From the NCBI GenBank assembly GCA_000004985.1, contig GG738919.1: a DNA stretch of 64,000 nt, one strand, 5' to 3'. The position numbers were made by a program, and so were the translations under genes. The notes under the pieces were generated by a model. It was not told where the DNA came from. It saw nothing but the letters and a program-made list of their open reading frames with translations, and made no database searches. Every line of letters starts with the position of its first letter. The stretch's first letter is position 1. This stretch comes from Naegleria gruberi (lineage: Eukaryota). This document shows positions 22,890 through 33,471 of this stretch, one piece after another.

Positions 22890-23777
22890 ATGACAAATAT
22901 CGAATCACACCAAGACCCTTTTCCACAAGATGACATTTTACTGCCATTTACAAACGAATCCAACAAGGAAAACTCCCCAACACCATCACTTGGTCAATTG
23001 GAAGACTTTCCTTTCGAATTATTAATTTCCATTGCAACCCATTTGAACGGAAAGGACATTTATTCATTGTCAAAAGTCAATTCAGTGTTTTTAAAATTAT
23101 TGTTCAATCAGACAAGTTCTAGAATTGCAAAAGTGTTGCTTCCATACAAGATAGAAGGAAGAAATCAAAAATTAAATTCATTTTCCATTCTAAGACAAAG
23201 ATCAACAGCTTTCGAATATAGAAAAGATGAGCTAGATCAGCAACTCTTCAACATGGTCCAAGAAAGAATTTGGAAACCACTTGTTTGTTATTATTTTCCA
23301 AGATTTAACATTGGACTTGATGTCAAAAATTGGATGCACTTATTAAGGAGAAGAATTGCTCATTTGCAAGTCAACTCGCCACATTATTTACCTCTGACTA
23401 AACATGAACCTATTAAGAGACCTCTAAAAGAGGGAGAAACTAAACCTCCAGTCAAATTTAATCCGTATATGGATCCTTTCGAATGGGCAACAAAAATGGA
23501 AGAACGAAACCCATACGAAATTGATGGAATTGAAAATTGTGAGTGGGTCTATAAGTGTCCAATGGATTATGATTCCATGATTGAAGATGATCCAGAGAAG
23601 AGGTTTTGTACTAATTGTGGAAAACATGTTTATAAGGTTTATTCTCAGGACGATGTGGAATCTCATTCGAAATTGGGACATTGTATTGTAATGATGAAAT
23701 TGGAAATGCCTCCTATTCCACCAGTTCTTGGAATGCCTGTTTTCCTGCCTCCTACTCCTCCACCACCAGCTCAGTAA
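22890..23777 (+). CDS. F-box protein with a C-terminal Cys/His-rich (zinc-finger-like) region
   Basis: F-box: LEDFPFELLISIATHLNGKDIYSLSKVNSVF. The C-terminus has CEWVYKCPMDY…CTNCGKHVYKVYSQDDVESHSKLGHC and a Pro-rich tail. The ATG follows an A-run. Confidence 0.5.
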   Translation: MTNIESHQDPFPQDDILLPFTNESNKENSPTPSLGQLEDFPFELLISIATHLNGKDIYSLSKVNSVFLKLLFNQTSSRIAKVLLPYKIEGRNQKLNSFSILRQRSTAFEYRKDELDQQLFNMVQERIWKPLVCYYFPRFNIGLDVKNWMHLLRRRIAHLQVNSPHYLPLTKHEPIKRPLKEGETKPPVKFNPYMDPFEWATKMEERNPYEIDGIENCEWVYKCPMDYDSMIEDDPEKRFCTNCGKHVYKVYSQDDVESHSKLGHCIVMMKLEMPPIPPVLGMPVFLPPTPPPPAQ

Positions 23778-23867
23778 TTAGTTTATCATTCTAATAAATT
23801 TCAGATACATATTTATTCTATTTCGAATCCATTCGAATCATACAAATTTTTATGGAGAATTATAAAG

Positions 23868-24946
23868 TTATGGCTTTAAGCAACAGGTTGGAATTTGGAA
23901 AGTAACTTGTTTGACTTCAACTTGACCAATTGAGCTTTCCTTAAATTCACCATAATGAAATTCTCTCTTATTTGGAAATTGGACGAAATGATTCGAAAGC
24001 CAAGCACTTTCCTCTATGGCAGAAGCAACATTTCCACTAACACTTGTTGGCTTTCCACTCTCAAACTCCAACTTGTTATCAAACTTGTAACAAGTTGGAT
24101 AACCTTCAATACTACCTTTATAGGTAATGACATTTCCGTAATCCTCTTCGGTCAACTCTGAATTCTTGAGTTTGAATAAACGATAGGTAATACTAAAGAA
24201 TTTTGCATTTCCAACAATTAATTTTGCATATCTGGATTGGAAGCAACAATTTCAACACGGTTGACTTCTCTAATAACATCAAAACCAATCTTTCTGCAAG
24301 TATTCAAGAAATCATTGACATAGTAAACAGTTCCAATACATGAACCAAGTATGGAAAGTTTCTCACGAGCTGCTGGATGAATCTTCCTGTCAGAATAAAT
24401 GTCAGAAAAGACAAATTCACCGCCAAACTTTAAAACTTTGTAAACTTGACGAAGGACTTGTTCTTTCTTAGGGGACAAGTTGATGACACAATTGGAAGTG
24501 ATCAAATCGATGGATTCACTGGTAACACCTGGAATTTGATCCAATTCTTCAATTAGACCTTCATGGAATTCAATCTTGGCAATATTCATATTTGCATTCT
24601 TGATTGACTCGATGAATTTTGGAGTAAACTCTCTAGCTTGCTCCACTTGACTCTTGGTCATGTCCACGCCAATAACCTTTCCTTGCTCACCAACAATGAT
24701 CGATGCAAGAAAAACATCCCTTCCAATGCCACTTCCCAAATCAAGAACTGTCAATCCCTTAATACCAAGTGGGACAGCTGAACCACAACCATAAAACTTT
24801 TCATGAACCTCAGCTGGAATCAATCCAAGATACTTTTGAATTAACAAGTGAGGTTTTGAAGCTAGGAAACAACTATTGGAAATCAAAGCTTCATTACTTT
24901 GCTTGTTGGAGTAGTGTTCTTTAATAGAGTCATAGATGGATTCCAT
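23868..24946 (-). CDS. AS3MT: Arsenite methyltransferase (AS3MT/ArsM)-like SAM-dependent methyltransferase with an apparent -1 frameshift in an A-run near 24212-24226
   Basis: ORF 24218..24946 covers the MTase domain (VLDLGSGIGRDVFLAS…VIGVDMT…SNCVINL…ILGSCIGTVYY) with the conserved Cys positions. The downstream ORF 23868..24155, in another frame, aligns to the AS3MT C-terminus (AKLIVGNAKFFSITYRLFK…VITYKGSIEG…IPTCCLKP). The frames swap at minus-strand CAAAAT. Confidence 0.7.
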
Positions 24947-25326
24947 ATTATTATTTTGAAAATTGAGAGAATTGAGATAATTTCACAGAAAGCAATTAAG
25001 ATTTTGTTTTTTGAATTGGTTTTTAGATGAATTGCTGATGAATACAGTAGAATTTATACCAATTTAAATGCACAGAGATGAATAGATGAATGAAATTGCG
25101 TGCGTTCTAAAGCATAGGTCTTCCTGGATGCGTGCGGATTTTGATCGAATAGTTCAATCCAAAGTTTAATTTTGTAAGTAGGGCACTTTATGCGCACGCA
25201 AAACTGAACTGTATTTGATACACGTCTTGTTGAAGATTTGTTTTTCATTAAGATGATACACAACAGTGGATATTATTATTGCATGGTTCAAATTAATTGA
25301 GAATTAAGTTAAATTTGTGAATTGTT

Positions 25327-26261
25327 TAATAATAGTTTAATAATATAAATGTACAAATTTGAGAGAGCTTATTTCCTCTTCTTCTTGTGAATGGCTTCTA
25401 CGAGGGCCATGAAAGCATCACTATTTAAATGTTGTTAAATATTATATTTGAAGAAAATACTTACTTGACATTTTGTCCTGATTTGGCACTAACCTCAAAA
25501 ACTATTTCACCACAACATATTAGATCTATTTCCATAATTATTATAAAACTAAATACATACCTCTATCCACTACACATGAAGTATTTTTACAGAATGCATT
25601 GGCTTCTTCAGTTTTAACCATTCTTTCATCAGCCAAGTCAGCCTTATTACCAACAAGCAATACTGTAATATCATCTTGAGGTGAAGTATTCTTTTCAATA
25701 TTAGTAATCCACTTTTGAACATTTTGGAATGATTCAGAATCTGTCATGTCATAAACAACCAACACTCCAGCACATCCACGATAATAAGTAGCTTGAATAG
25801 TATTATACCTTTCCTGAAAGAAATGTGTCAGAGAAATTCTTTCAAAAACTTACTTGACCTGCTGTATCCCAAATTTGTAACTTTATCATTTGATTGTCAA
25901 TTGTAACATCCTTCTTTTTAAAATCAACACCAATAGTTGCAATATAATTTTCCTGGAATGATCCATCAACCCACTTGATTGCCAAAGAAGTTTTTCCGAC
26001 GCCAGCATCACCTATTGTTGTTATTATTTTCCAATATTTAATTCATTAATCCAATATTATTGTCATTCCAATAATATTATTATTATTATTATTACACAGT
26101 TGATGATGATGATCAGCAACATCAACACACTTACCTAACAGAAGAATTTTGTAGGTAACTTTTTGCTCCACCACTTCACCATGTCCATGAACATTCAACT
26201 TGTTATTTCGGGATGAACCTGATGATGATGATGAATTTGATTTTGAATTATTACAACCCAT
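25327..26261 (-). CDS. Rab-family small GTPase, 5 exons: 26135..26261, 25854..26011, 25574..25813, 25465..25493, 25327..25420
   Basis: Exon 1 is MGCNNSKS…KILLLG|. Exon 2 is DAGVGKTSLAIKWVDGSFQENYIATIGVDF…WDTAGQ|. Exon 3 is ERYNTIQATYYRGCAGVLVVYDMTDSESF…LLVGNKADL…. A 29-nt mini-exon encodes VSAKSGQNV. The last exon encodes …DAFMALVEAIHKKRGNKLSQICTFILLNYY*. All exon phases are consistent. Confidence 0.6.
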
Positions 26262-26787
26262 TTTCTCCTCTTTTATATTAATTCCAAATCCGCAATCTCG
26301 CTCTATTTAATAATAATAATTTAATAAATCAAACTCTAATGATCAAAGACGGTTTGTTCCTTTGTTCTCCTTTATTTTTTCCAACAACTCTGAAGAGGTT
26401 AAAGTTTGTTGCTTTTTTTGTTGTTGTTCCTTCTTCTCATCCATCATCAATCACAAAACAAGCGTAATTTGATGATGAGGAAGGGAAAAAGCAAATGGAA
26501 ATCGAAAATCAAGAAAGATATTATTGATTTGATTGTTAGTAAGATTGCTGTGCCGTGTTGATGTTGGTGATCGAAGTATTTTTCTATTTGAGTTGAGAAT
26601 GTAAATGCTCTTACGGAGAAAAAAACCTTAATTGGTTGGATCACTCAGACTAAAGAGTGAAATAATGAATTGTTTGGATCAATTTCAAAACTTACGAATT
26701 AATTTGCTTCAATTCTTCATCATCAAAAAAAGCTGAAAATGAATTAAAATTTTAAAAATTAATTTTTTCATCTCAAAATTTAAAAAA

Positions 26788-27546
26788 ATGGCACCAAAGA
26801 AAAAACCAATTAACAAGAAACCAGAAAGACCAGACAGAAACAAGCAAACAAAGCTTGAAGTCCTTGCTGAAGATCTTGAAAAACTTGATTTGGAAAACAA
26901 ATTGAGAGAAGAGGAAGAAGATTCTGATGAAGAAGAAGAAATTGTTGTTAGCCGAGTTGAAGCCAAAAAAGTTGATTACTGTGCCGAATGTTCATTCCCA
27001 ATTGAATATTGCGAATTTTCTGATAAATGGCCATTGTGCGAAAAGTGGCTTGAAACTAGATTCCCAGAAAAATTAAAAGAATTAATTGAATTGAGAGAAG
27101 GTGATAAAAACAAGAATAAGAAAATTGATAAAAAAGTCGCCAGAGAAGTCAAGGAAATTGTGGAAGGTACCGAAGAAAAGAGAGTTGCAACCAAATCAAA
27201 TAGAGAATTACTTATTCGTATCGATAAAAGAAGCAAGAGAAAACGTTTGACACTCATTACAGGAATTGAAGCTTTTATGGAGGATGCATTCAGAGGTGAT
27301 GAAAAGTTTTTCAAGGATGTTGTCAAAATTTTCGGAAAGAAATTTGCTTGTGGATGTAGTATTGTGAAAAAACCAGAACTTTCTATTGAAATTCAAGGTA
27401 ATGTTCCTGGCAAAGTTGCCAAGTACTTTACTAAAGAATTGGGTGTTGACATTAATCAAATCTATGTCCTCGAAGATAAGAAAAAGACGAAAGCCTCTGA
27501 TTATGTTTTCGACAGTGATGAAGAGGAAGATGATTCAGATGAATAA
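26788..27546 (+). CDS. DENR: Density-regulated protein (DENR; SUI1-domain translation reinitiation factor)
   Basis: There is an N-terminal Zn-binding motif (YCAECSFPIEYCEF), a SUI1 domain (…KFACGCSIVKK…IQGNV) and acidic termini. It is collinear with DENR. Confidence 0.8.
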   Translation: MAPKKKPINKKPERPDRNKQTKLEVLAEDLEKLDLENKLREEEEDSDEEEEIVVSRVEAKKVDYCAECSFPIEYCEFSDKWPLCEKWLETRFPEKLKELIELREGDKNKNKKIDKKVAREVKEIVEGTEEKRVATKSNRELLIRIDKRSKRKRLTLITGIEAFMEDAFRGDEKFFKDVVKIFGKKFACGCSIVKKPELSIEIQGNVPGKVAKYFTKELGVDINQIYVLEDKKKTKASDYVFDSDEEEDDSDE

Positions 27547-27710
27547 ACATTTCTATTATCTCAACAACTGTTTCAATTATTATCAAAAATCAATTTAAAA
27601 TACTGATTCAGTACTTCACACAAATTCTTCAGATTCACTATTGAAATAATCAAATCAGGAAAAAAGAAATAAATGATTTGAAAAACTAATAAATTAAATT
27701 TACAAAGAAC

Positions 27711-29004
27711 TTATTGTTGCTTGCATTCTTGTTGGCCAGCAGCAGGTTGTTCACCACCTTCTCCTTGTGGTTGAGTAAGACCAGCTTGGATTTGAGTGAG
27801 CATGTCAGCAACTTCTGGGACAGTTGAGAAATCACCTTCCTTTGGCAAAGCAACGTTCAAGAAGTAATCAACAGCGTTTGGAATAATTCTTTCCTTGAGA
27901 ATGTCTCCGATTTCAGCATCAGCTTCCAACAATTCTTGCAAGATCATGTTTTCTTCATTTTCTTCCTTTTGAATTTCTTCATCGAGATTCTTGAAGAAGT
28001 TGAAGAAAGAGTCCTTTGGTTCCTTAACTTGAATAGTTCTGGTTCTGTTTCCAGACTTGTGCTTTTGCTTCTTGGTGGTAACCTTGACAGTCAAATCCTT
28101 ACCTTCAGCCCAGGTAATTTCAGTACCTTCAGAAGTGGCAATATCTTCACTATCGGCTTCTTCGTAATAGTATGACTTGACGAGTTGAGTGTTGGTGAAG
28201 AATGGATTTTCATTGAATTGGAAGATAATTCTGAAACCTGGATTATGCTTGTAATCAATTTCTTCTTCTTCTTCTTCTTCCTTCTTTTCAGCAGATTCTT
28301 CCTTTGGCTTGGCTGGGAATTCTTCCATGACAACATTCTTCAAGAACTTCAAAGCTTCCAAATCATCTTCTTGGATCAATTCAGCCTTGATTTCAGAGTG
28401 GAGCAAAACCTTGTACCAGAAATCTGGAACACCCTTCAAATCTTCAGTCTTTTCAGTGGTAACTTCGGACAAAGCAACAGTAGACAATTCTTCAGAGGTA
28501 GCTTCAACTTCACCAGTAACAATTTCGTTTCTTCTAATAATAACTGGAGCATAGAGAGCAGCATACTTTTCTCTGAGCTTCAAGTATTCTTCTTCGAATT
28601 GCTTTTCCAAATCAGAGTACTTTTGTTGGAGGTTCTTCAAAACACCAATAACCTTTTGAGTCTTGGCTGGATATTCAGCAAGTTGCTTCTTTTCAATCTT
28701 TTCGAGTTCTTCTGGGGTAGCCTTTCTCATGAGCATTGGGTGCTATTATTATTGTTAGATTAATTGTTGTTGTCAATAGTTATAAAGTACATCAGCAGAG
28801 AGGGAATGTTCAATAATATCAAGTTGTTTCCACATCATCGTCGGTTAAAATTATTATTATTAATAAATTTCATAGATTAACTTCCTCAACATTCTAACCA
28901 GCAAAACTACTTACACCATACATTTCTTCTTCGATATCTTCTTCTTCATCGAAGTCTTCTTCTTCAGCAGGAGCAAAGTTAAAGTTGAACTTTTGTGGAG
29001 GCAT
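27711..29004 (-). CDS. NAP1: Nucleosome assembly protein 1 (NAP1 family), 2 exons: 28915..29004 and 27711..28742; intron 28743..28914
   Basis: The main exon matches NAP1 (KTQKVIGVLKNLQQKYSDLEKQFEEEYLKLREKYAALYAPV…, acidic stretches). An upstream exon encodes the acidic MPPQKFNFNFAPAEEEDFDEEEDIEEEMYG and joins in frame through GGT|GTAAGT … AATAG|. Confidence 0.8.
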
Positions 29005-29841
29005 GGTTAGTTATTGGTGATTTTGTTATTTTTTTTAAGACCGGATTTTTGAATCTCAAACTTGGCTTGCACCTTCATGGTTTAAAATTGCAAGCTGCTT
29101 AGGTGTGTGAAGTTGTTTGCATTGGCTTTGAAGAAAAAAACAAGGATTGATGTTGGTTGAAGATGGTGTTTGTTGGAATGATGGTTGGATTGGCAGGGTA
29201 TGGATTGGGTGGTTAACGGTTAAGATACTAGTATTCGAAAGAACAATTGTGAAGAGAAACAACAGTTCAACAAAAAAGATGATTTGCTATTATTGGATCA
29301 AGCTTATTGGAAAGATTGAATTGTTTCGAAAGATCTTGATTCAATTTGATTCAGTGCACTATTTTTACCGTAATGGCTTGAATTGGATGCATTCTGGATT
29401 GTGTTCAGTTAAGTGTTGGATTTGACAATAGATTACAATATCCATCACAATTTTAACACTACTTTAGAACAATATGAAAATCTCCAAACGAATAAAATTA
29501 AAGATCATTTTCATATCAAATATTTGAGTTCTTTTCTCAAGAAGTAGGATCAATAATTAGTTAGTAAATTATTCCATGGATCATGACAACCAAACTCTTG
29601 AAATCTTTCAGAAGGAAGAAATTTCAATGTGTTCAATGATTGTTAGGACTTATTTGCACAAATTCCATTCTTCTTTTCATCATGTTAAATTATTATTAAA
29701 TTTAAATAATATTCGTTTAATATTTTACACATATTTACATAAAATCATCATTACTCTCTAGCATTCCAGATTCAGATATTCTCTATCTGGAATTGAATAA
29801 ACTCAATTATATGAAAATTTCAAATTCTTTTTCCAATATTA

Positions 29842-30345
29842 TTATTGAAAGGAAGGAACAGGAGCTTGAACTGGTCTCGTTTGTTTTCTCTTCTTGGCAC
29901 CTATTAATACACAACTCGTTGAATTATTGGATTGTTTCAAATGTGATTTTTTGAAATTTTCATCTTGTTGGTGCACAATCGAGACAATTGAACGTTTCCT
30001 TGAGGAATTAATTTCCTTTCCGAAAAGAATTGAATTTTCAGAAAAACAATTATCCAAATCATTAACATGCCCATTCAGTTTCATCATTCCCATTTCCTTC
30101 TTAATGTGTTGGGGTGTAATGAATGGAATTGAATTTCTCATATCCTCATCATTATATTTCTGATCTGCTGCTACTGCTAAATTAGCTCGAGTGGATTTCT
30201 TTGAAGAGGATGAGGATGAGGCTGAGGAGGTGGATTGTTTCAATTTTGGTGAATTATTTTCTTCACTCGATGAAGGAGTTGGCGAGGAAGAAGGTGAATC
30301 TGGTTTATTCCTTTTCGTGGAAGCTCTTCTCTTTCTCGAAGTCAT
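29842..30345 (-). CDS. Basic Ser-rich hypothetical (nuclear-type) protein, about 167 aa
   Basis: MTSRKRRASTKRNKPDSPSSSPTPSSSEENN…KKRKQTRP. The ATG at 30343-45 follows an A-run. The listed ORF start at 30576 overlaps the archaemetzincin 3' end and is probably not used. Confidence 0.35.
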   Translation of the reverse strand: MTSRKRRASTKRNKPDSPSSSPTPSSSEENNSPKLKQSTSSASSSSSSKKSTRANLAVAADQKYNDEDMRNSIPFITPQHIKKEMGMMKLNGHVNDLDNCFSENSILFGKEINSSRKRSIVSIVHQQDENFKKSHLKQSNNSTSCVLIGAKKRKQTRPVQAPVPSFQ

Positions 30346-30523
30346 TTTTTTTTGTGTTTTTGTAATGAAATTATTTAATATTTCGAAGTGTGGTGATTGG
30401 ATGGAAAATTGTCCTACCAGTTTTTTTGTGTTTTGCATGATGGGATGATGAATTAATTGTGAATTAATTGGATGTATGAGTACATATTGTGAATTGAAAT
30501 TGTTTTGGAATATTGTGTGTGAA

Positions 30524-31901
30524 TTATTTTCGTTTTTTATTGGGTGAAGAAATAATGTCTTCGTTGAGAATGTCATCAGTGTGGTCGCTTTCCTCGTCCT
30601 CTACTTGGTCCTCCTCATCATCGAGATTGATAATTTCACTCTCGTCATTGTGAGATCTCTTTGTGATATATTGAATCATGTCTTGGGTCCAGCTAGCTGC
30701 TTCCTTCATGTGATAGGACTCGTAGAAGTTTAAAAGTGCTCTATATCTTTGTGCAATGTCGAATCCTATCAAGTATTGGAATTTTCTCAAATCTACAGGA
30801 CACAAATGAATAGATTGTCTAAAATCTTCTTCCAAATGACCAGATCCGTTCATGATACAATCAAAAACTGTGAAATAAAAGTAAAATTGAATTTAAATAT
30901 TAATTCAAATAATTTCCACAATATTATAGTCAATAGTTTTGTAGTGGTAATGGCATGAAATAAAAACGCAAAAGAAAATCAATTATTAAAATTATTAATT
31001 AAATCAACATGTAACAATTCAACTTACAGACACAATGCCCAACTTGAACCATATGAGCAATTTCATGAACTACAATCTTACAACATCTCTCCAAAATAAC
31101 AAGATCATTCTCTGTGAGAGTATCCTCATTGATAATTCCATCCTCTTCCCAAGAGACTGTAATTTTCTTATTTCTCTTCTTTGGAGCTGATTTTCTAAAT
31201 AATGGATCATATCTACACATTGAAAATACTCCAATAGAGTCACCTCCCTGAGCTAGGCCACAAGTGAAACTATCCTTTGCTCCAATATACAAATCATCCA
31301 TTGTCACACCACAAACACATGATACCTCATCCTGTAAATGTTTTCTGAGCTTATTCAATGGTACAATGACATCAGCTGCTCTGAATTGAATTTCATCCTC
31401 TCCAGCTTTATCTTCATCATATTCGTGACATCTTCTCGATTTGATTCTATAAATGATATCCTCAGATTCCACAAAATGACCATGTTTATCCTTCTTTATA
31501 TGTACACTATCCAATATCGTTACATTAATTCCATAATAAAAAGCCTCAACAAATCTCTTCAAATGTGTCAAATACTTTCTCCTATCATTCGAATCTCCAT
31601 CCTTCTCAATCCACAACAGGCCAATATTCTTCTTCAAATGAAAATTCTTTCCAGCAATTTTCTTCCTCAGCCCATTCCACTCATCAAACGTATCGCGATC
31701 CTCCACATATTGTGCCAACCAATCATCAATACTTGTAGGATCCGGAACTGGACAATAAAAATTAGTTTCATCATCGGAAGGCCTTTTCATTTCAAAGTGA
31801 TAGTGTCTCTCATTGTGACAATCGCCAATTGCTTCACGAATCTCCTCTGGAGTGGCGTGTTTGAAACCTTGTGCGAATTTGATCTTCTTTTGTCGTGGCA
31901 T
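30524..31901 (-). CDS. AMZ: Archaemetzincin-like zinc metalloprotease, 2 exons: 31028..31901 and 30524..30867; intron 30868..31027
   Basis: HEIAHMVQVGHCV|…|FFDCIMNGSGHLEEDFRQSIHLCPVDLRKF reconstitutes the HExxHxxGxxHC…C.MNGSGHLEE…LCPxC motif across a GTAAGT…TTTCACAG intron. The ATG follows an A-run. Confidence 0.75.
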
Positions 31902-32148
31902 TTTTTTTTATTGATTTTGCCGCCAAATTTTCAAGCTTGGTTAATAAAGAATAGAATTTGATTCGAAAAATTTGGTAATATTCAACAATTTTCATTGACT
32001 TTACAATGAATTTTTTTTCACTTTCAACAAATGAGTACTGTCATCTTTCCATTTCTTAATGTTCCTTCTCAAAAAACTAATCAACATGTTAATAAAAAAG
32101 GAAATTTCTTCTCTCTAAGAATCTCCACTTTTCAAATTTGCAAAAAAA

Positions 32149-32403
32149 ATGGATCCAATTCAACAGAAGGGATTGATTGCCACATTTTCAATCGTGCTGA
32201 TTGCCTTGATTTTGTATTCGATCCGAGATTTGCTCGGAGTGAGTTTGATGCAAATTCTCTCGATTTGCTTTTCATTGTTGGTTGGAGTTTTGCAATTGAT
32301 GAGGTTGAGGATCAAGAAGGAAAGTTTGCAAGCCAGTTTACCTATATCAAAGAAGAAGATGAAAAAGAATCAGATCGCTGCAGATGTGGATTTAGATGAT
32401 TGA
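32149..32403 (+). CDS. Small predicted membrane protein (2 hydrophobic helices, 84 aa)
   Basis: MDPIQQKGLIATFSIVLIALILYSI…ILSICFSLLVGVLQL…; the ATG follows an A-run. Confidence 0.3.
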   Translation: MDPIQQKGLIATFSIVLIALILYSIRDLLGVSLMQILSICFSLLVGVLQLMRLRIKKESLQASLPISKKKMKKNQIAADVDLDD

Positions 32404-32902
32404 TGGACTAAATAATTTTTATATTAATTTTTATTAATTTTCTTTTAGTAAGGAAAAGGAAGAATTCGTGTTTGATGAGGAATTGTTTTACAAAAAAATT
32501 GGAACTTGGTGTAACTCAATATTAATATTGAATATTGATCATTGTAAAAATAGATAAATCAAATATTAATGAAAACCAAAAGTTAGCCAATACTGTCTAA
32601 TTTTAACAATTTATGATTGTTGAAAGAGATATGAAATACTTGGGAATGTTTCTAGTGATCGATTCGGCAAACACTTTATTTAAAACAGTTTACAGCTTTC
32701 ATAGCTGAGTGGAAACCTGGCGAAGATTGCTGTGATGGAATCATTCCTCCAGGTCGTTCCTTTTATATTTAAAGGTCTTTTGAATTGTTAGCTCTCCCAC
32801 TAACATGGCACAATTTTTGAGATAGGTTCGTCTGCATCTTAGTTTTGCTGAAAACGAATTTGCAATCTTATTTCAATTCGAAGAATTAAAATTTCAAAAA
32901 AA

Positions 32903-33406
32903 ATGCCTTTATCAAACCACTTTCACAACACTCCAGTTCTTTCACACTTTTTGGTAAACGTTGGCTTGTTGAATCTTCGTTTGTTTTTGATTGGAAGATT
33001 GTCAGCAATAGCCAAAAGACGTGAGAAAACTCCAGCCACAGTTGAAGATTTAGGAGTGATTATGGGTGGTGAAAGACAAGCTCAATTGAGTAAGGAGCAA
33101 ATTGATCAAATTAATAATCCGAACAGTTTAGTGAATAGAACTTTGAGAATTCACAGAAATGATATTGAAAATAGTTTGCCATTTGTGAGTGCTGCTGGTG
33201 TGATGGTCTTGTTGTGCTTGGTTCAGGATGCATCTGATGAGAAAACTCAATGGATTGCGAATAGTTTAATGTATTCCTATTCCATTGCTAGATTCGTGTA
33301 TGTCTATGCTTATTGGAATGGTAAACAACCTCATAGATCAATTTCTTGGATCTTGGGTTTCTTGACAACTGCTGGAATTTTGGGATTTTCTTACAAATTA
33401 TTGTAA
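32903..33406 (+). CDS. Microsomal glutathione S-transferase (MAPEG family, MGST1-like)
   Basis: RTLRIHRNDIENSLPF…YSYSIARFVYVYAY…ILGFLTTAGILGFSYKLL. The ATG follows an A-run. Confidence 0.65.
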   Translation: MPLSNHFHNTPVLSHFLVNVGLLNLRLFLIGRLSAIAKRREKTPATVEDLGVIMGGERQAQLSKEQIDQINNPNSLVNRTLRIHRNDIENSLPFVSAAGVMVLLCLVQDASDEKTQWIANSLMYSYSIARFVYVYAYWNGKQPHRSISWILGFLTTAGILGFSYKLL

Positions 33407-33471
33407 AGTAATTCAATTATTATTAAATAAATATTTAATTGTGTATTTGATATTCAGAGATGGTAGTTAGA

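Noticed and set aside
29842-30576. The listed 244-aa ORF start at 30576
   Set aside because: The first about 78 codons overlap the archaemetzincin C-terminal exon in another frame. The A-run-context ATG at 30345 is the more plausible start, so only 29842..30345 is kept, at low confidence.
31338-31961. Plus-strand 207-aa ORF antisense to the archaemetzincin gene (also 28185..28763 antisense to NAP1, 6644..6955 nested in SRalpha, 57480..57772 antisense to the K/E repeat)
   Set aside because: These are shadow or nested ORFs inside well-supported conserved genes. Their composition is driven by the opposite-strand or out-of-frame codons.
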